Shown: positions 35,768 through 46,300 of the stretch, in pieces
Position numbering within the stretch: position 1 is the first letter of the stretch
Layout: every line of letters starts with the position of its first letter
DNA from: a virus
Length of the DNA stretch: 64,000 bases
Direction: 5' to 3' (one strand)
IMG/VR virus record: IMGVR_UViG_3300022200_000031
Span: 1 to 64,000 of that record
Program-made: the position numbers and the translations under genes
Notes under the pieces: generated by a model
What the model was told of the DNA's origin: nothing
Seen by the model: only the letters and a program-made list of their open reading frames with translations
The model's database searches: none

Positions 35768-36978
35768 TGTTTTATATTGGTGTTGTTGAAGACAGAGATG
35801 ATCCAAAGCAAATGGGTCGAGTGCGTGTTCGTGTGATGGGAATCCATTCACAGAACATTACAGAGGTACCAACCGACACACTCCCATGGGCAACTGTACT
35901 GCTTCCAACCACTTCTCCTTCAGTATCAGGGGTTGGTCATAACTCATTCCTGGTAACAGGATCGTGGGTTGGAGTCATGTTTAACGACCAATACATGCAA
36001 GACCCAATTGTGATTGGTACCATTCCAGGATACCCAGATCAGAAGTTGTCTCCATCTGTCGGGTTCTCAGATCCTACTGGTGTGTATCCCAAATGGACAG
36101 GGGACTCTGATGTATCCTACTCAGCACGGGGTAGTCAATTTACCAACTCTCAATCATACGCAAACAAGACTCGTTTAAGAGATGGTGGGCCAGACATACA
36201 AGTTGCCATTCCTCCAAAGGTTACTTCGGTTCAGAAAGACAAGGATGATGCATACTATCAACAGAAGCCATGGAATGAACCACCAGTATCAGACAATCAC
36301 TCTCCATCATATCCAGATAATCATGTATATGAAACAGAGACAGGTCATCTATTAGAGTTTGATGACACTGCCAACAATAGAAGATATCATCGCTACCATC
36401 CAGCTGGTTCGTTTGAAGAGATCTATGATGATGGAACCCGATTGATTAAAGTGGTTGGTCAGGATTATGAGATGATCCTCAATGGTAAGAATATGTATGT
36501 CAGCGGCAATCTTAATGTTACTGTTACTGGCAATATGCGTCAGTTGGTATATGGTAACTACCATCTTGAGGTGGAGAAAGATTACACAATTAATGTCAAG
36601 GGATCTATTCAACAAAAGGTTGGTGGTAACTGGGAAGCTGAGATCGTCAAGAATCGCGCATTCAATGTTGGTGCTAATGATAACCTAACGGTTATGCAGA
36701 ACCAAGTTGTTACTGTGATGGGGGATAAGGATGATACCATTGAGGGTAATTATGGAATTACCACAACTGGTAACTTTGACTCGACTACATTCTCCAAGAT
36801 GTCATTGTTTGCAACAAATAATATGAGTCAGACAACTCTTGCTGCCCTGAATGTAACAGCACAGGGTGACATCACTACAGAGACCCCAGCAAATGTTAAT
36901 GAAACGTTTGGTGGTAATCAAACAACAGCAATTACGGGCAACCTAGATGTGGATGCTGCTCGTATTGATCTAAACTAA
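35767..36978 (+). CDS. 5: baseplate central spike gp5 (OB fold plus beta-helix, no lysozyme domain)
   Basis: GVVEDRDDP..GRVRVR, LPWA, YP.NHV.ET..GH..EFDDT, VxG repeats, IDLN end. Confidence 0.9.
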   Translation: MFYIGVVEDRDDPKQMGRVRVRVMGIHSQNITEVPTDTLPWATVLLPTTSPSVSGVGHNSFLVTGSWVGVMFNDQYMQDPIVIGTIPGYPDQKLSPSVGFSDPTGVYPKWTGDSDVSYSARGSQFTNSQSYANKTRLRDGGPDIQVAIPPKVTSVQKDKDDAYYQQKPWNEPPVSDNHSPSYPDNHVYETETGHLLEFDDTANNRRYHRYHPAGSFEEIYDDGTRLIKVVGQDYEMILNGKNMYVSGNLNVTVTGNMRQLVYGNYHLEVEKDYTINVKGSIQQKVGGNWEAEIVKNRAFNVGANDNLTVMQNQVVTVMGDKDDTIEGNYGITTTGNFDSTTFSKMSLFATNNMSQTTLAALNVTAQGDITTETPANVNETFGGNQTTAITGNLDVDAARIDLN

Positions 36979-36988
36979 GGAGTAAATG

Positions 36989-38197
36989 ATGGCTGGTTGT
37001 GAAGGCAGTAATCCATTACTAGATGCAGCTAAAGATATCAAAGGTGGCATCAAAGACCTTATGGAACAGGGTTCCAGTGCGCTAGGTGATCTCACATCAT
37101 CGGTTAGTGACTTGACATCAAAGCTCGGTGAGTTCAAACCAGAACTCCCAGAAAACGCTAAGCTGGCCGACTTTATTGATAAGATGAAGAACTCCGAGAC
37201 GGCTCAGGAATTTGCTGCTGCTAAGGCAGAGATGACAGAGAAGTTTGGTGAGGCGTGGGATGGAATGAATGATGAGTTAAAGAAACTTGGTATTGATTCA
37301 TTTCCTCCAACGTATGATGAGACGTCAACCTTTCTTTCAAATGAAACAGGAATTGATATGGGCGCTCTTGCATCTGGAGATTTCTCAAGTCTTGAAGCAT
37401 ATCACGCAAAGATGTGTGAACCAGTATGGGATGACAACTTAGGTGAGTACGTTACTCCTGATGGTTGTACTCCTGGTGCACTTCCAGACATTAATGGTAT
37501 TCTATCAGGAGACTTCTCTTCCCTGGGTTTTGAAATGCCAGCAGATACCAATGCATTATGTGATGCCATTCCAAAGCTGGAAGAGGTGGAAGTAGAAGAG
37601 CAGAAGAAGAATGATGCTGGTGAGTATGTTACAGTTAAGGTTAAAAAGCCATTTGAATTTCCTGACTTCTCTAAGGTAGCAACGGAAGTCCCTGCCACCC
37701 CTCCAGGTCAGGTTAAGTCATCCATCAGTGAGTACATTGAGGCTGTAGGCTACTACCAGGAAGCGAAGAAAGAAAGAGCAAAACACATCGATGATAACTA
37801 TCACAACAAGATCATACCATACCTCAAATCTATTGGTGAGTGGCCAGACAAAGAAGCTGTATCGGAAAGAGTATACAAAGAAGAAAGAGATAGAATCATC
37901 CGTGAGGCATCCCGTGCGTTCCTCTATATGGTAAGACCATATATGGCAGAAGTTGTTGGGCTCACTTATGATGAGTATCTGATCAGAACAAAGAAGACCC
38001 AGGACTACTCAGCAATCAAACTGGAGAAGTTTGTGGCCAAGTACTATGATTCTGTTGGCCTTGGTGGATCTTATTATTTTGATTACCTTGTTGAAGCATA
38101 TAATGGCCTGAATCAAACCTCACTGGACTTTAATACAATGTTCAAGAATTACATTATCAATAAGTATCCAGAGAATGAAGATGGGAGCTTCTTCTAA
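36989..38197 (+). CDS. hypothetical protein between gp5 and PAAR
   Basis: AAGGAG RBS; internal SGDFSSL repeat. Confidence 0.6.
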   Translation: MAGCEGSNPLLDAAKDIKGGIKDLMEQGSSALGDLTSSVSDLTSKLGEFKPELPENAKLADFIDKMKNSETAQEFAAAKAEMTEKFGEAWDGMNDELKKLGIDSFPPTYDETSTFLSNETGIDMGALASGDFSSLEAYHAKMCEPVWDDNLGEYVTPDGCTPGALPDINGILSGDFSSLGFEMPADTNALCDAIPKLEEVEVEEQKKNDAGEYVTVKVKKPFEFPDFSKVATEVPATPPGQVKSSISEYIEAVGYYQEAKKERAKHIDDNYHNKIIPYLKSIGEWPDKEAVSERVYKEERDRIIREASRAFLYMVRPYMAEVVGLTYDEYLIRTKKTQDYSAIKLEKFVAKYYDSVGLGGSYYFDYLVEAYNGLNQTSLDFNTMFKNYIINKYPENEDGSFF

Positions 38198-38466
38198 TGC
38201 CAGGAGTGTGTAGAGTAGGAGTGGATAGTGCTGGTGGCACGATTACAGGAATGATTCAGGATGGCAGTGTTAATGCAAACGGATCACCTGTATCGGTACA
38301 TGGTGATCCTGTAGCTGGCCACGGTCTTCCTCCACATGCTGCACCAACAATGGTTGCGGGATCAAATAATGTGTTTGTTAATGGCATTGCTGTGTGTAAT
38401 GCTGGTGATCAGGCAACATGCGGACACCCTGCATCTGGCAGTGGAAATGTTAATGTTGGTGATTAA
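38197..38466 (+). CDS. 5.4: PAAR spike tip protein
   Basis: GS.NVFVNG, GD..TCGH..SGS.NV.VG. Confidence 0.9.
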   Translation: MPGVCRVGVDSAGGTITGMIQDGSVNANGSPVSVHGDPVAGHGLPPHAAPTMVAGSNNVFVNGIAVCNAGDQATCGHPASGSGNVNVGD

Positions 38467-38470
38467 GAGG

Positions 38471-38478
38471 TATAAATA
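38471..38478 (+). promoter_or_regulatory. late promoter
   Basis: TATAAATA before gene 25. Confidence 0.7.
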
Positions 38479-38483
38479 ACCCT

Positions 38484-38897
38484 ATGAACAACAAACCAGC
38501 ACTAGCATCAAGAGAACAAGTTTATTCGGACTTTGATTTGAGATTCATCCCAAATCCGAATACGGGTGACATCGCTCTAAAAAAAGATATTGCTGCAGTG
38601 AAGCAAAGTGTTCTGAATATTCTAACAACGAATCATGGCGAGAAACCTTTCCGTCCGTTCTTTGGTGGGAATCTAAGAGCTTATCTCTTTGAGAACTTTG
38701 ATGAGGTTCAGGTAGCCATCATCAGAAAGAATATTAGAAATACATTAACAAACCACGAACCAAGAGTTGCTGTGATCAGCGTTGATGTTGAGGACCTATC
38801 CTACAGAAATGCATTACAGATTACTGTTGAGTTTATAATTAAATCTCCAACACAGCAACAAGCCTCAGTGAGCTTTGTTGTAGAACGAGTAAGGTAA
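38484..38897 (+). CDS. 25: baseplate wedge gp25
   Basis: YSDFDL, GEKPFRPFFG, EPRV, ERVR. Confidence 0.93.
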   Translation: MNNKPALASREQVYSDFDLRFIPNPNTGDIALKKDIAAVKQSVLNILTTNHGEKPFRPFFGGNLRAYLFENFDEVQVAIIRKNIRNTLTNHEPRVAVISVDVEDLSYRNALQITVEFIIKSPTQQQASVSFVVERVR

Positions 38898-38900
38898 GCC

Positions 38901-40760
38901 ATGGCAAACGAACAACGAAGATTGAATGTATCAGAACTTGACTTTGACCAGATCAAAGAAAACCTCATTACATTTCTTAAGGATCAGGATGTACTAGCGG
39001 ACTACAATTATGATGGTAGTGCAATCAACACCATTATCGATCTGTTCTCGTATGTCACACACTATAACGCGTTCAATGCAAACGTTGCTCTGAATGAGAC
39101 ATTCCTTGACTCTGCACAACTGAGACAATCTGTTGTATCCCACGCTAAGTTGTTGGGGTACACTCCTCGTTCCGCATATGCACCAAGAGCATTTGTTGAT
39201 GTACAGCTAAACAATCCAACAGGTGTTCTGAACATTGATGGATCATACAGAAATCTAACTATGGAACGTGGCACTCATTTCACCACACTGATTGAGGGTA
39301 CCACATACGACTTCGTAAACACAACCACAATCGTTACCGGTCGTAATGCAGCTGGTAAGTATGTATTTGAGAACGTTGAACTACTGCAAGGTAAATATCA
39401 AACATCAAAGTACATCTTTGATGTTGCAACTGATGAAAAGTTTAAGATTCCTTATGAGAATGCAGTTACATCATCCCTGATTGTTACTGTCTTCGAATCC
39501 CCAACATCCAATGAATCAGAAACATTCGTTGCTGCTCCTATCCTTACCTCGATTGATTCCGATACTGCTGTGTACTGGCTACAGGAAGCGCAGGATGGTT
39601 TCTATGAGATTTATTTTGGTGATGGCATTATTGGTAAGAAACTAACTGATGGTAACCTCATTCAGATTGAATACATCGTTACAGATATTGATGCTGCAAA
39701 CGGTGCATCAACATTTACTTTATCAGATACTATTGAAGGTAACTCAGATGCAACTATTACAACGATCACCAGAGCATCAGGTGGTTCTGCAAGAGAGGAC
39801 CTTGCATCTGTAAAGTTCAATGCTCCTCTTTCTTTTGTGGCACAGAACCGAGCAGTAACTCCAGATGATTATAAATCAATCATCCTATCTAACTACGCTA
39901 ACGTTGATGCAATCTCTGTGTGGGGTGGGGAAGACAACAATCCACCAGACTACGGCAAGGTGTACATCTCTATTGCGCCAAAGGATTCTGAAACACTTCC
40001 TCAGGTGGAGAAAGATTACATTATTGCTCAATACCTTAAGCCAAAGAATGTGGTATCCATTACCCCTACAATTGTAGATCCAACGTACACTTATATTTTC
40101 CTTGAAGTATTCTTCAAGTATAACCCAAACATCACTAACCTTTCTTCGGATGCATTGGCCAACAAGGTAAGAGAAACTATTACATTGTACAACAATGATG
40201 AATTGAAGAGATTTGATGGTGTGTTCAGACACTCAAACCTCCTTCGCCAAATTGACATTACAGATGTATCAATTATCAACTCAACTGTTCGTGTGTATGT
40301 ACAGAAGCGTTTGGTACCAGAAGTAAATGTAGAGAAGCGCTATGACATCTACTTCTCTGGTCCATTGTATATTTCTGACTCAAATGAACAGATTATTGAG
40401 TCAACTGAATTTACATATCTCAACCAGTTGTGTCACCTGAAGGATATTGTGGTTGGTGGTGTACGCCGTCTGCAAATTGTATCCGGTAACGGTACAAATG
40501 AAATTATCCTGAACTCTGATGTTGGATATGTTGATGAGGCTAACGGCCATGTTGCTCTAGTTGGTTTTAATCCTTCTTCATTTGTGGGAGATTACATGAC
40601 CATTACAGCATCTCCGAACTCTAATGATATTGCACCTAAGCGCAATGAACTTCTAATTATTCTTAGTGATGATACTGAGATTACTGGTGAAGTTGATACA
40701 ATGGTTACTGGTGGTACATCTGCCGGTGTGAACTACACGACGACTCCAAGACATGGCTAG
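38901..40760 (+). CDS. 6: baseplate wedge gp6
   Basis: LDFDQIK, FLDSAQLR, FGDG..G, QNRAVT..DY, WGGE..P.YGKV. Confidence 0.95.
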   Translation: MANEQRRLNVSELDFDQIKENLITFLKDQDVLADYNYDGSAINTIIDLFSYVTHYNAFNANVALNETFLDSAQLRQSVVSHAKLLGYTPRSAYAPRAFVDVQLNNPTGVLNIDGSYRNLTMERGTHFTTLIEGTTYDFVNTTTIVTGRNAAGKYVFENVELLQGKYQTSKYIFDVATDEKFKIPYENAVTSSLIVTVFESPTSNESETFVAAPILTSIDSDTAVYWLQEAQDGFYEIYFGDGIIGKKLTDGNLIQIEYIVTDIDAANGASTFTLSDTIEGNSDATITTITRASGGSAREDLASVKFNAPLSFVAQNRAVTPDDYKSIILSNYANVDAISVWGGEDNNPPDYGKVYISIAPKDSETLPQVEKDYIIAQYLKPKNVVSITPTIVDPTYTYIFLEVFFKYNPNITNLSSDALANKVRETITLYNNDELKRFDGVFRHSNLLRQIDITDVSIINSTVRVYVQKRLVPEVNVEKRYDIYFSGPLYISDSNEQIIESTEFTYLNQLCHLKDIVVGGVRRLQIVSGNGTNEIILNSDVGYVDEANGHVALVGFNPSSFVGDYMTITASPNSNDIAPKRNELLIILSDDTEITGEVDTMVTGGTSAGVNYTTTPRHG

Positions 40761-41994
40761 TAGTTTCGAAAAACATAAGAACCACCCTCATATTGCATCC
40801 ATTGTCAAGGATGTCTTTCCTGACAATGTTGCGTATGATAATCCTGAGCTTGTGCAGTTTGCATTTAAGCTTCTGGAGTCTATGGAGGAGATCAATAAAT
40901 CTTCCTACTATATCAACAGAGTTAATCTCCTTAGAGACATTGATGAGACCGACAACGGTTTCCTTACTCTACTGCAGGCAGAATTGGGTGCACCAATTCC
41001 GCAGATCTTTGCTGCGGACCCAAGACTATTATATAAACACTTAACAGAGCTGTATAAGTCACGTGGTACCCCCGACTCAATCAAAGCATTCTTTCGCTTA
41101 CTGTATGCGGATGAAGTTGAAATCTACTTCCCAAAAGAGGATATGTTTATCCCATCGGATGGTAGATACTATGATCAGACCGCAGATGTAGAAGCAAACA
41201 CGGCTCTATACACTCCGTTATATACATACACAATTGCATCTGTCACCAACACAGTCACTGGTGCTGATGACATTGGTCGTGTAATGAAGTTTGACAACCC
41301 ACTTGTGTATGTCAATGATGTTAAGAGGTCTCTATATACTATTAACACCACACCTAACTACTCAACAGGTAAGTTAGAGTACTCTATTGTATTCCCTTCT
41401 GATCTTTCGGCGGGAGATGTGGTGAAGATTTATCGTACAGGTGCGTTCACTACTAATGATGGCTTCCTGGATGATTATAAGAAACTACAAGATTCGTTCT
41501 TCTATCAAAAATTCTCATATGTACTCCGCACAGGTACAAACGCAGATGTATGGAAGAATGCATTTAACAGATTGGTTCACCCAGCTGGTTTCATCTTCTT
41601 TGGTGAAATCTTACTGCTGATTGAACTTCTGAAACAAGGTGCACCAAACCCACAACCTGGATATCAGATTAGTGGTCTCCCATTCCCAATTGTTATCAAC
41701 CCTGTCGATACAGGCGTTACATTTGTTAAGGCAAGAAGCATTGCCTACGGTACAAATGCAGATGTTGGTGACTATCATATGCAGGCAGGTACAAACAGTG
41801 TATTGGCCTCGTTCTGGGAAAAAGAGTACAAGCAAGAGTTGCACACCAACCTATTTGGTCCAGCTGAATACTTTGAACGATTTAAGTTCATGATGGATTA
41901 TCCAATTAGTGATTTTGCAAATTATACAACTCTTGATGCTATAAATAAGATTATCGATGTCAATATGAGTTCGACAATTGAATTATCAAACTAG
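40753..41994 (+). CDS. 7: baseplate wedge gp7-like
   Basis: YKSRGT..S..FFR.LY, LQDS.FYQ.FSY, VHPAG. Confidence 0.8.
   Translation: MASSFEKHKNHPHIASIVKDVFPDNVAYDNPELVQFAFKLLESMEEINKSSYYINRVNLLRDIDETDNGFLTLLQAELGAPIPQIFAADPRLLYKHLTELYKSRGTPDSIKAFFRLLYADEVEIYFPKEDMFIPSDGRYYDQTADVEANTALYTPLYTYTIASVTNTVTGADDIGRVMKFDNPLVYVNDVKRSLYTINTTPNYSTGKLEYSIVFPSDLSAGDVVKIYRTGAFTTNDGFLDDYKKLQDSFFYQKFSYVLRTGTNADVWKNAFNRLVHPAGFIFFGEILLLIELLKQGAPNPQPGYQISGLPFPIVINPVDTGVTFVKARSIAYGTNADVGDYHMQAGTNSVLASFWEKEYKQELHTNLFGPAEYFERFKFMMDYPISDFANYTTLDAINKIIDVNMSSTIELSN
41940..41947 (+). promoter_or_regulatory. late promoter
   Basis: TATAAATA before gene 8. Confidence 0.7.
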
Positions 41995-42007
41995 GAGCAA
42001 CTAAGTA

Positions 42008-43342
42008 ATGACCGCCATTGTAACCAACCAATTCAGACTGAATGCAGCCAAGGAGTTTGAAGACGATCTGTCAAACAATTCAAACTACTATCTGTTTATT
42101 GGCCGTTCAGAATCGTGGGCATCAGATACAAATCCAGATGTTCCATACGACAACACCTTCGTCACGTATACTGACGCATGGCAGCGTATGACCGCATTGA
42201 AGCAGCTGACAGACACAGATATTACATATGCATCTGTTCGCTATCAGTGGATCTCAGGTCAGACCTATACTGCATACGATGATCGTGATGATGCATTGGA
42301 AGGCAAGCAGTACTATGTTATCTCTGATAACAACAACGTGTATCTCTGTCTGAAGTCGGGTGGCTCATCTACTAAGAACCCTGACGTTGCTGGTATTACA
42401 ACCAACGGCATTATTGATTACACGGGTGATGATGGTTATATCTGGAAGTACTTGTATACAGTATCTACTGATGACTCAAACAAGTTCCTTACATCTGCAT
42501 TTATTCCTGTTCGTTATCTGAGTGCAGATCCTGGCGCGACTGCTGACGCTGCTCTCCAGAACCAATGGGACGTTCAACAGAATGCTGTAGATGGTGCAAT
42601 CTATAATGTTAAAATCACCGCTGGCGGTACTGGATACACTTCTGCTCCTACTGTATCCATCTCTGGTGATGGTTCTAGCTTCGCTGCGACCGCTCAAATT
42701 ACTGGTGGTGTAGTAACAAATATTGTTGTCACCAATCCTGGTTCAGGGTATAATCAAGCTAAGATTACCATCTCTGGTGGTAGTGGTGCTGGTGCAACTG
42801 CATATGCTGTACTTGGTCCAAAAGGTGGATTTGGTGCAGACCCAAGACAAGATCTAAGAGCACACTTCATTTCAATGAACTCTCGTTTGGTTTACGCCGA
42901 TGGTGGTGGTGACTTCATTGTAGGCAATGACTTCCGTCAGATTGGTATTATCCGTAACCCATACAACTGGAGTACAACTACTGTTGCAACCGCTGAAACG
43001 TTGTCTGCTACGGCGTCCCTTGAAGTGGCATTGGGTGCCTCATTCACAGTGGATTCAACTATTGAGGGGACTGTAACAGGTGCCAAGGGTATCGTTGATA
43101 GCTATGATAGTGTTAATGGTATTATTCGTTACCACCAGACAGAAGCAACTGGCTACGATGCATTTACAACTTCCGACTTCATTAGATTGGAAGGGGATGC
43201 TGGTGCTGGTGTAGATTGTACTGCGGTAAATAACCCTGAAGTGCAGCCTTACTCTGGTGAGATTGTATTCCTGGAAAATAGAACACCTGTTAACCGTGCA
43301 TCGGATCAGATTGAAACAATCAAATTAGTACTTGAATTTTAA
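42008..43342 (+). CDS. 8: baseplate wedge gp8
   Basis: YLFIGR, DGYIWKYLY, FRQIGII.NP, ENR.P..R..DQ.E.IKLVLEF. Confidence 0.9.
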   Translation: MTAIVTNQFRLNAAKEFEDDLSNNSNYYLFIGRSESWASDTNPDVPYDNTFVTYTDAWQRMTALKQLTDTDITYASVRYQWISGQTYTAYDDRDDALEGKQYYVISDNNNVYLCLKSGGSSTKNPDVAGITTNGIIDYTGDDGYIWKYLYTVSTDDSNKFLTSAFIPVRYLSADPGATADAALQNQWDVQQNAVDGAIYNVKITAGGTGYTSAPTVSISGDGSSFAATAQITGGVVTNIVVTNPGSGYNQAKITISGGSGAGATAYAVLGPKGGFGADPRQDLRAHFISMNSRLVYADGGGDFIVGNDFRQIGIIRNPYNWSTTTVATAETLSATASLEVALGASFTVDSTIEGTVTGAKGIVDSYDSVNGIIRYHQTEATGYDAFTTSDFIRLEGDAGAGVDCTAVNNPEVQPYSGEIVFLENRTPVNRASDQIETIKLVLEF

Positions 43343-43353
43343 GGGTTTAAAAC

Positions 43354-46300
43354 ATGGCAATTAAGTTTAACGTAGAGCCGTATTATGACGACTTTGAAAC
43401 CGCAACAGCGGTCGATGGTTTATCTCCACAGGAGAAGTACCATCGAATTCTTTTCCGCCCTGGGCATGCGGTTCAGGCTCGTGAGCTTACACAGATTCAG
43501 TCCATGTTGCAACATCAGGTTACCTCAATGGGTAACCACTTCTTCGAAGAAGGTTCAATGGTCATTCCTGGCCATGTGTCATTTGAAGGTAAACTCGACT
43601 ATATTAAATTAAGCAGCCTTTCTGGTATTCCACAGGCAGCTAGCTATCCTTCAACCGATGAAGGTCAGGCACAATATGAAGCTGCATTTGAAGCATTCTT
43701 TGATAATCAGGTAGGTAATGTATACACTGGTGGCACTACTGGTATTACTGCTCGTGTTGTTAAGGTGCTCCCTGCTGAAGGCACAGATCCAGTCACAATG
43801 TATGTTAAGTATTTGTCAGCTGGTTCTAGTGGCGAAACGGTATTTGATGATGGTGAAACTTTAACAGCAACAGCAGATAGCACGACATACACAGCTGTAG
43901 CTGCTGCTTCTGCATCTACTGGTTTTGGTTCAGCGGCATTCGTCGAGCGTGGTATCTACTACCTCAAAGGCAACTTTGTTATCGTTCAGAATGGTTCATT
44001 GATTCTTGACAAGTATGATGTAAACCCATCTTACGATGTTGGTTTGCAGATCACTGAATCAATTGTTGATTCTGCAACAGACCCATCACTGAATGATAAT
44101 GCAAATGGTACTTCAAACTATGCAGCACCTGGCGCACATCGTTATCAGATTAAGTCGGAACTGGTAAAGCAAGCGGTTGGTGGTACCACTATTGAGAACT
44201 TCCTCCTCCTTATCCGAGTTGAAGAAGGTTCTATTGCACAGAAAGTTCGCACAACAGATTACAGTGTCATTGAAGAAACACTGGCACGCAGAACATTTGA
44301 TGAATCTGGTAACTACACCGTTCGTCCATTTATGGTTAATGTACGCGAGCATACAGATGTCAACACCCCAGGCGATGATGCAAAACTTGCTCTTGGCATT
44401 GAACCATCAAAGGCTTATGTTCGCGGTTATGAGATTGAAACTCTTTCAACCACATACGTTAATGTAGATAAGGCTCGCGACTCCACCCTATTTGAGGCAG
44501 CATCTGTTCCAATGTTGATTGGTAACTATGTTACTATTGAAAATGTAGAAGGTATTCCTGATATCCAAACCTTTGAGCGCATGGAAATCCATTCTTCTAC
44601 AGGTGGTGCGGGTGGTATTATCGGTTATGCTAGAGCTCGTTCTTATGTCTACGCTGGCTCTGGTGAGTATCGTATCTACTTGTTTGACATTCAAATGTCA
44701 TCGGGGTACACTTTTGCGGAATATGCTAAGTCATTCAAACTTGCATCTACTCCAGAATTTATTGCAGATATTATCCTTGATGGTAGCGGCAAGGCTATTA
44801 TTCAGGAACCAACTCGTAACACAATGGTATTTCCACTACCATTTAATCGTGTTAAGACTTGTGACTCTCAGCCAGATGGTGTTGCAGATGATTTCAATTA
44901 TGTTTATTTCTGCAACCGTTATCTTGGTTCATCTCCTGTATCATCAGGTGAAGCAGTGTTCGCAACAGTTGGCTCTAATGAGCTGCTGGAACCATTTGAT
45001 GATGAGAACTGGATTCTTACTGTAGCATCTGGTGCAAACAGTGGTGATATTGTACCTCTTTCAACTGGCAGTGTTACAATTGCAACCAATTCCGAATCAG
45101 TAACCATCTCAGGCCTTGGTGCTTACGAAGGTAATAATGTTAAACTGATTGCTGGTGTCAAGCGTACATTGAACCAGAAAGCTAAATCATTGACCACATC
45201 TGGTAACGACAACATTCATCTATTCTCAATTGCATCTCCTACAGGTGATGATCAATTGGGCTTTGCAGATGGCTACAAACTTCATGCAGTTTATATGTCT
45301 GCAAATATGTCTACTCCAGCAACGGTTAATGATGATGATGTGTCAGAGTACTACGACTTTGACAACGGTCAGAGAGACAACTTCTATGACCTGGCGCGCC
45401 TGAAGCTCAAACCAACAACAGCGTTCCGTCCTACCGGCCAGCTGCTTGTTAAGTATGAATACTACACACATGGTGGTGGTGACTTCTTTACTATTGATTC
45501 GTATGACAACTTGGAAGATTCAACTGGTCATACTGTTTCATATGAAGACATCCCAGCATTCGTATCAAAGTCTACTGGCCAGTCCATCGAACTGCGTTCA
45601 GCAATTGACTTCCGTCCTCGCGTATCTAATGCGGGTAATAACTTTACCGGTACTGGTGCTCAGGTTTCTGTATGCCCAGAACCACTAACTACCTTCACAA
45701 CCGATGTACAGTATTATCTGAACCGTATTGATAAGGTGTACATTGATAAGGATGGTAACTTTGGTGTTGTTAAGGGTGTTCCAGCTGTTGAGCCAGAACT
45801 ACCAGATGATCCAAAGGATGCAATGGTTCTCTATCATGTATTTGTTCCTGCATATACACTGACTCCAGAAGAAGTTGTGATCGATATGATCGACAACAAG
45901 CGTTACACAATGCGTGATATTGGTAAGCTGGAAAAGAGAATTAATACCCTTGAGTATTACACATCCCTTTCTCTCCTTGAGAAGGAAGCTGCTGACAAGC
46001 AGATTGTGGATCCAACTACTCAGGTACAGAGACTGAAGGCTGGCTTCCTTGTAGATTCATTTGCATCTCACAACGTTGGTAATGTAACCAGCCCAGAGTA
46101 TAGATGCTCAATTGATCGCGCTAATCGCAGATTGCGTCCTTCATTCTCCGAAGACAATGTACGCCTTCTGTACAACTCCACACTCTCTTCCAACGTCCAG
46201 AAGACAGGTGATCTGATTACCCTACCATACACTGAAACTCCTCTGTTCTATCAGAGTCAGGCGTCTGGTCAAATCAATGTAAACCCATTTGATGTATTCT

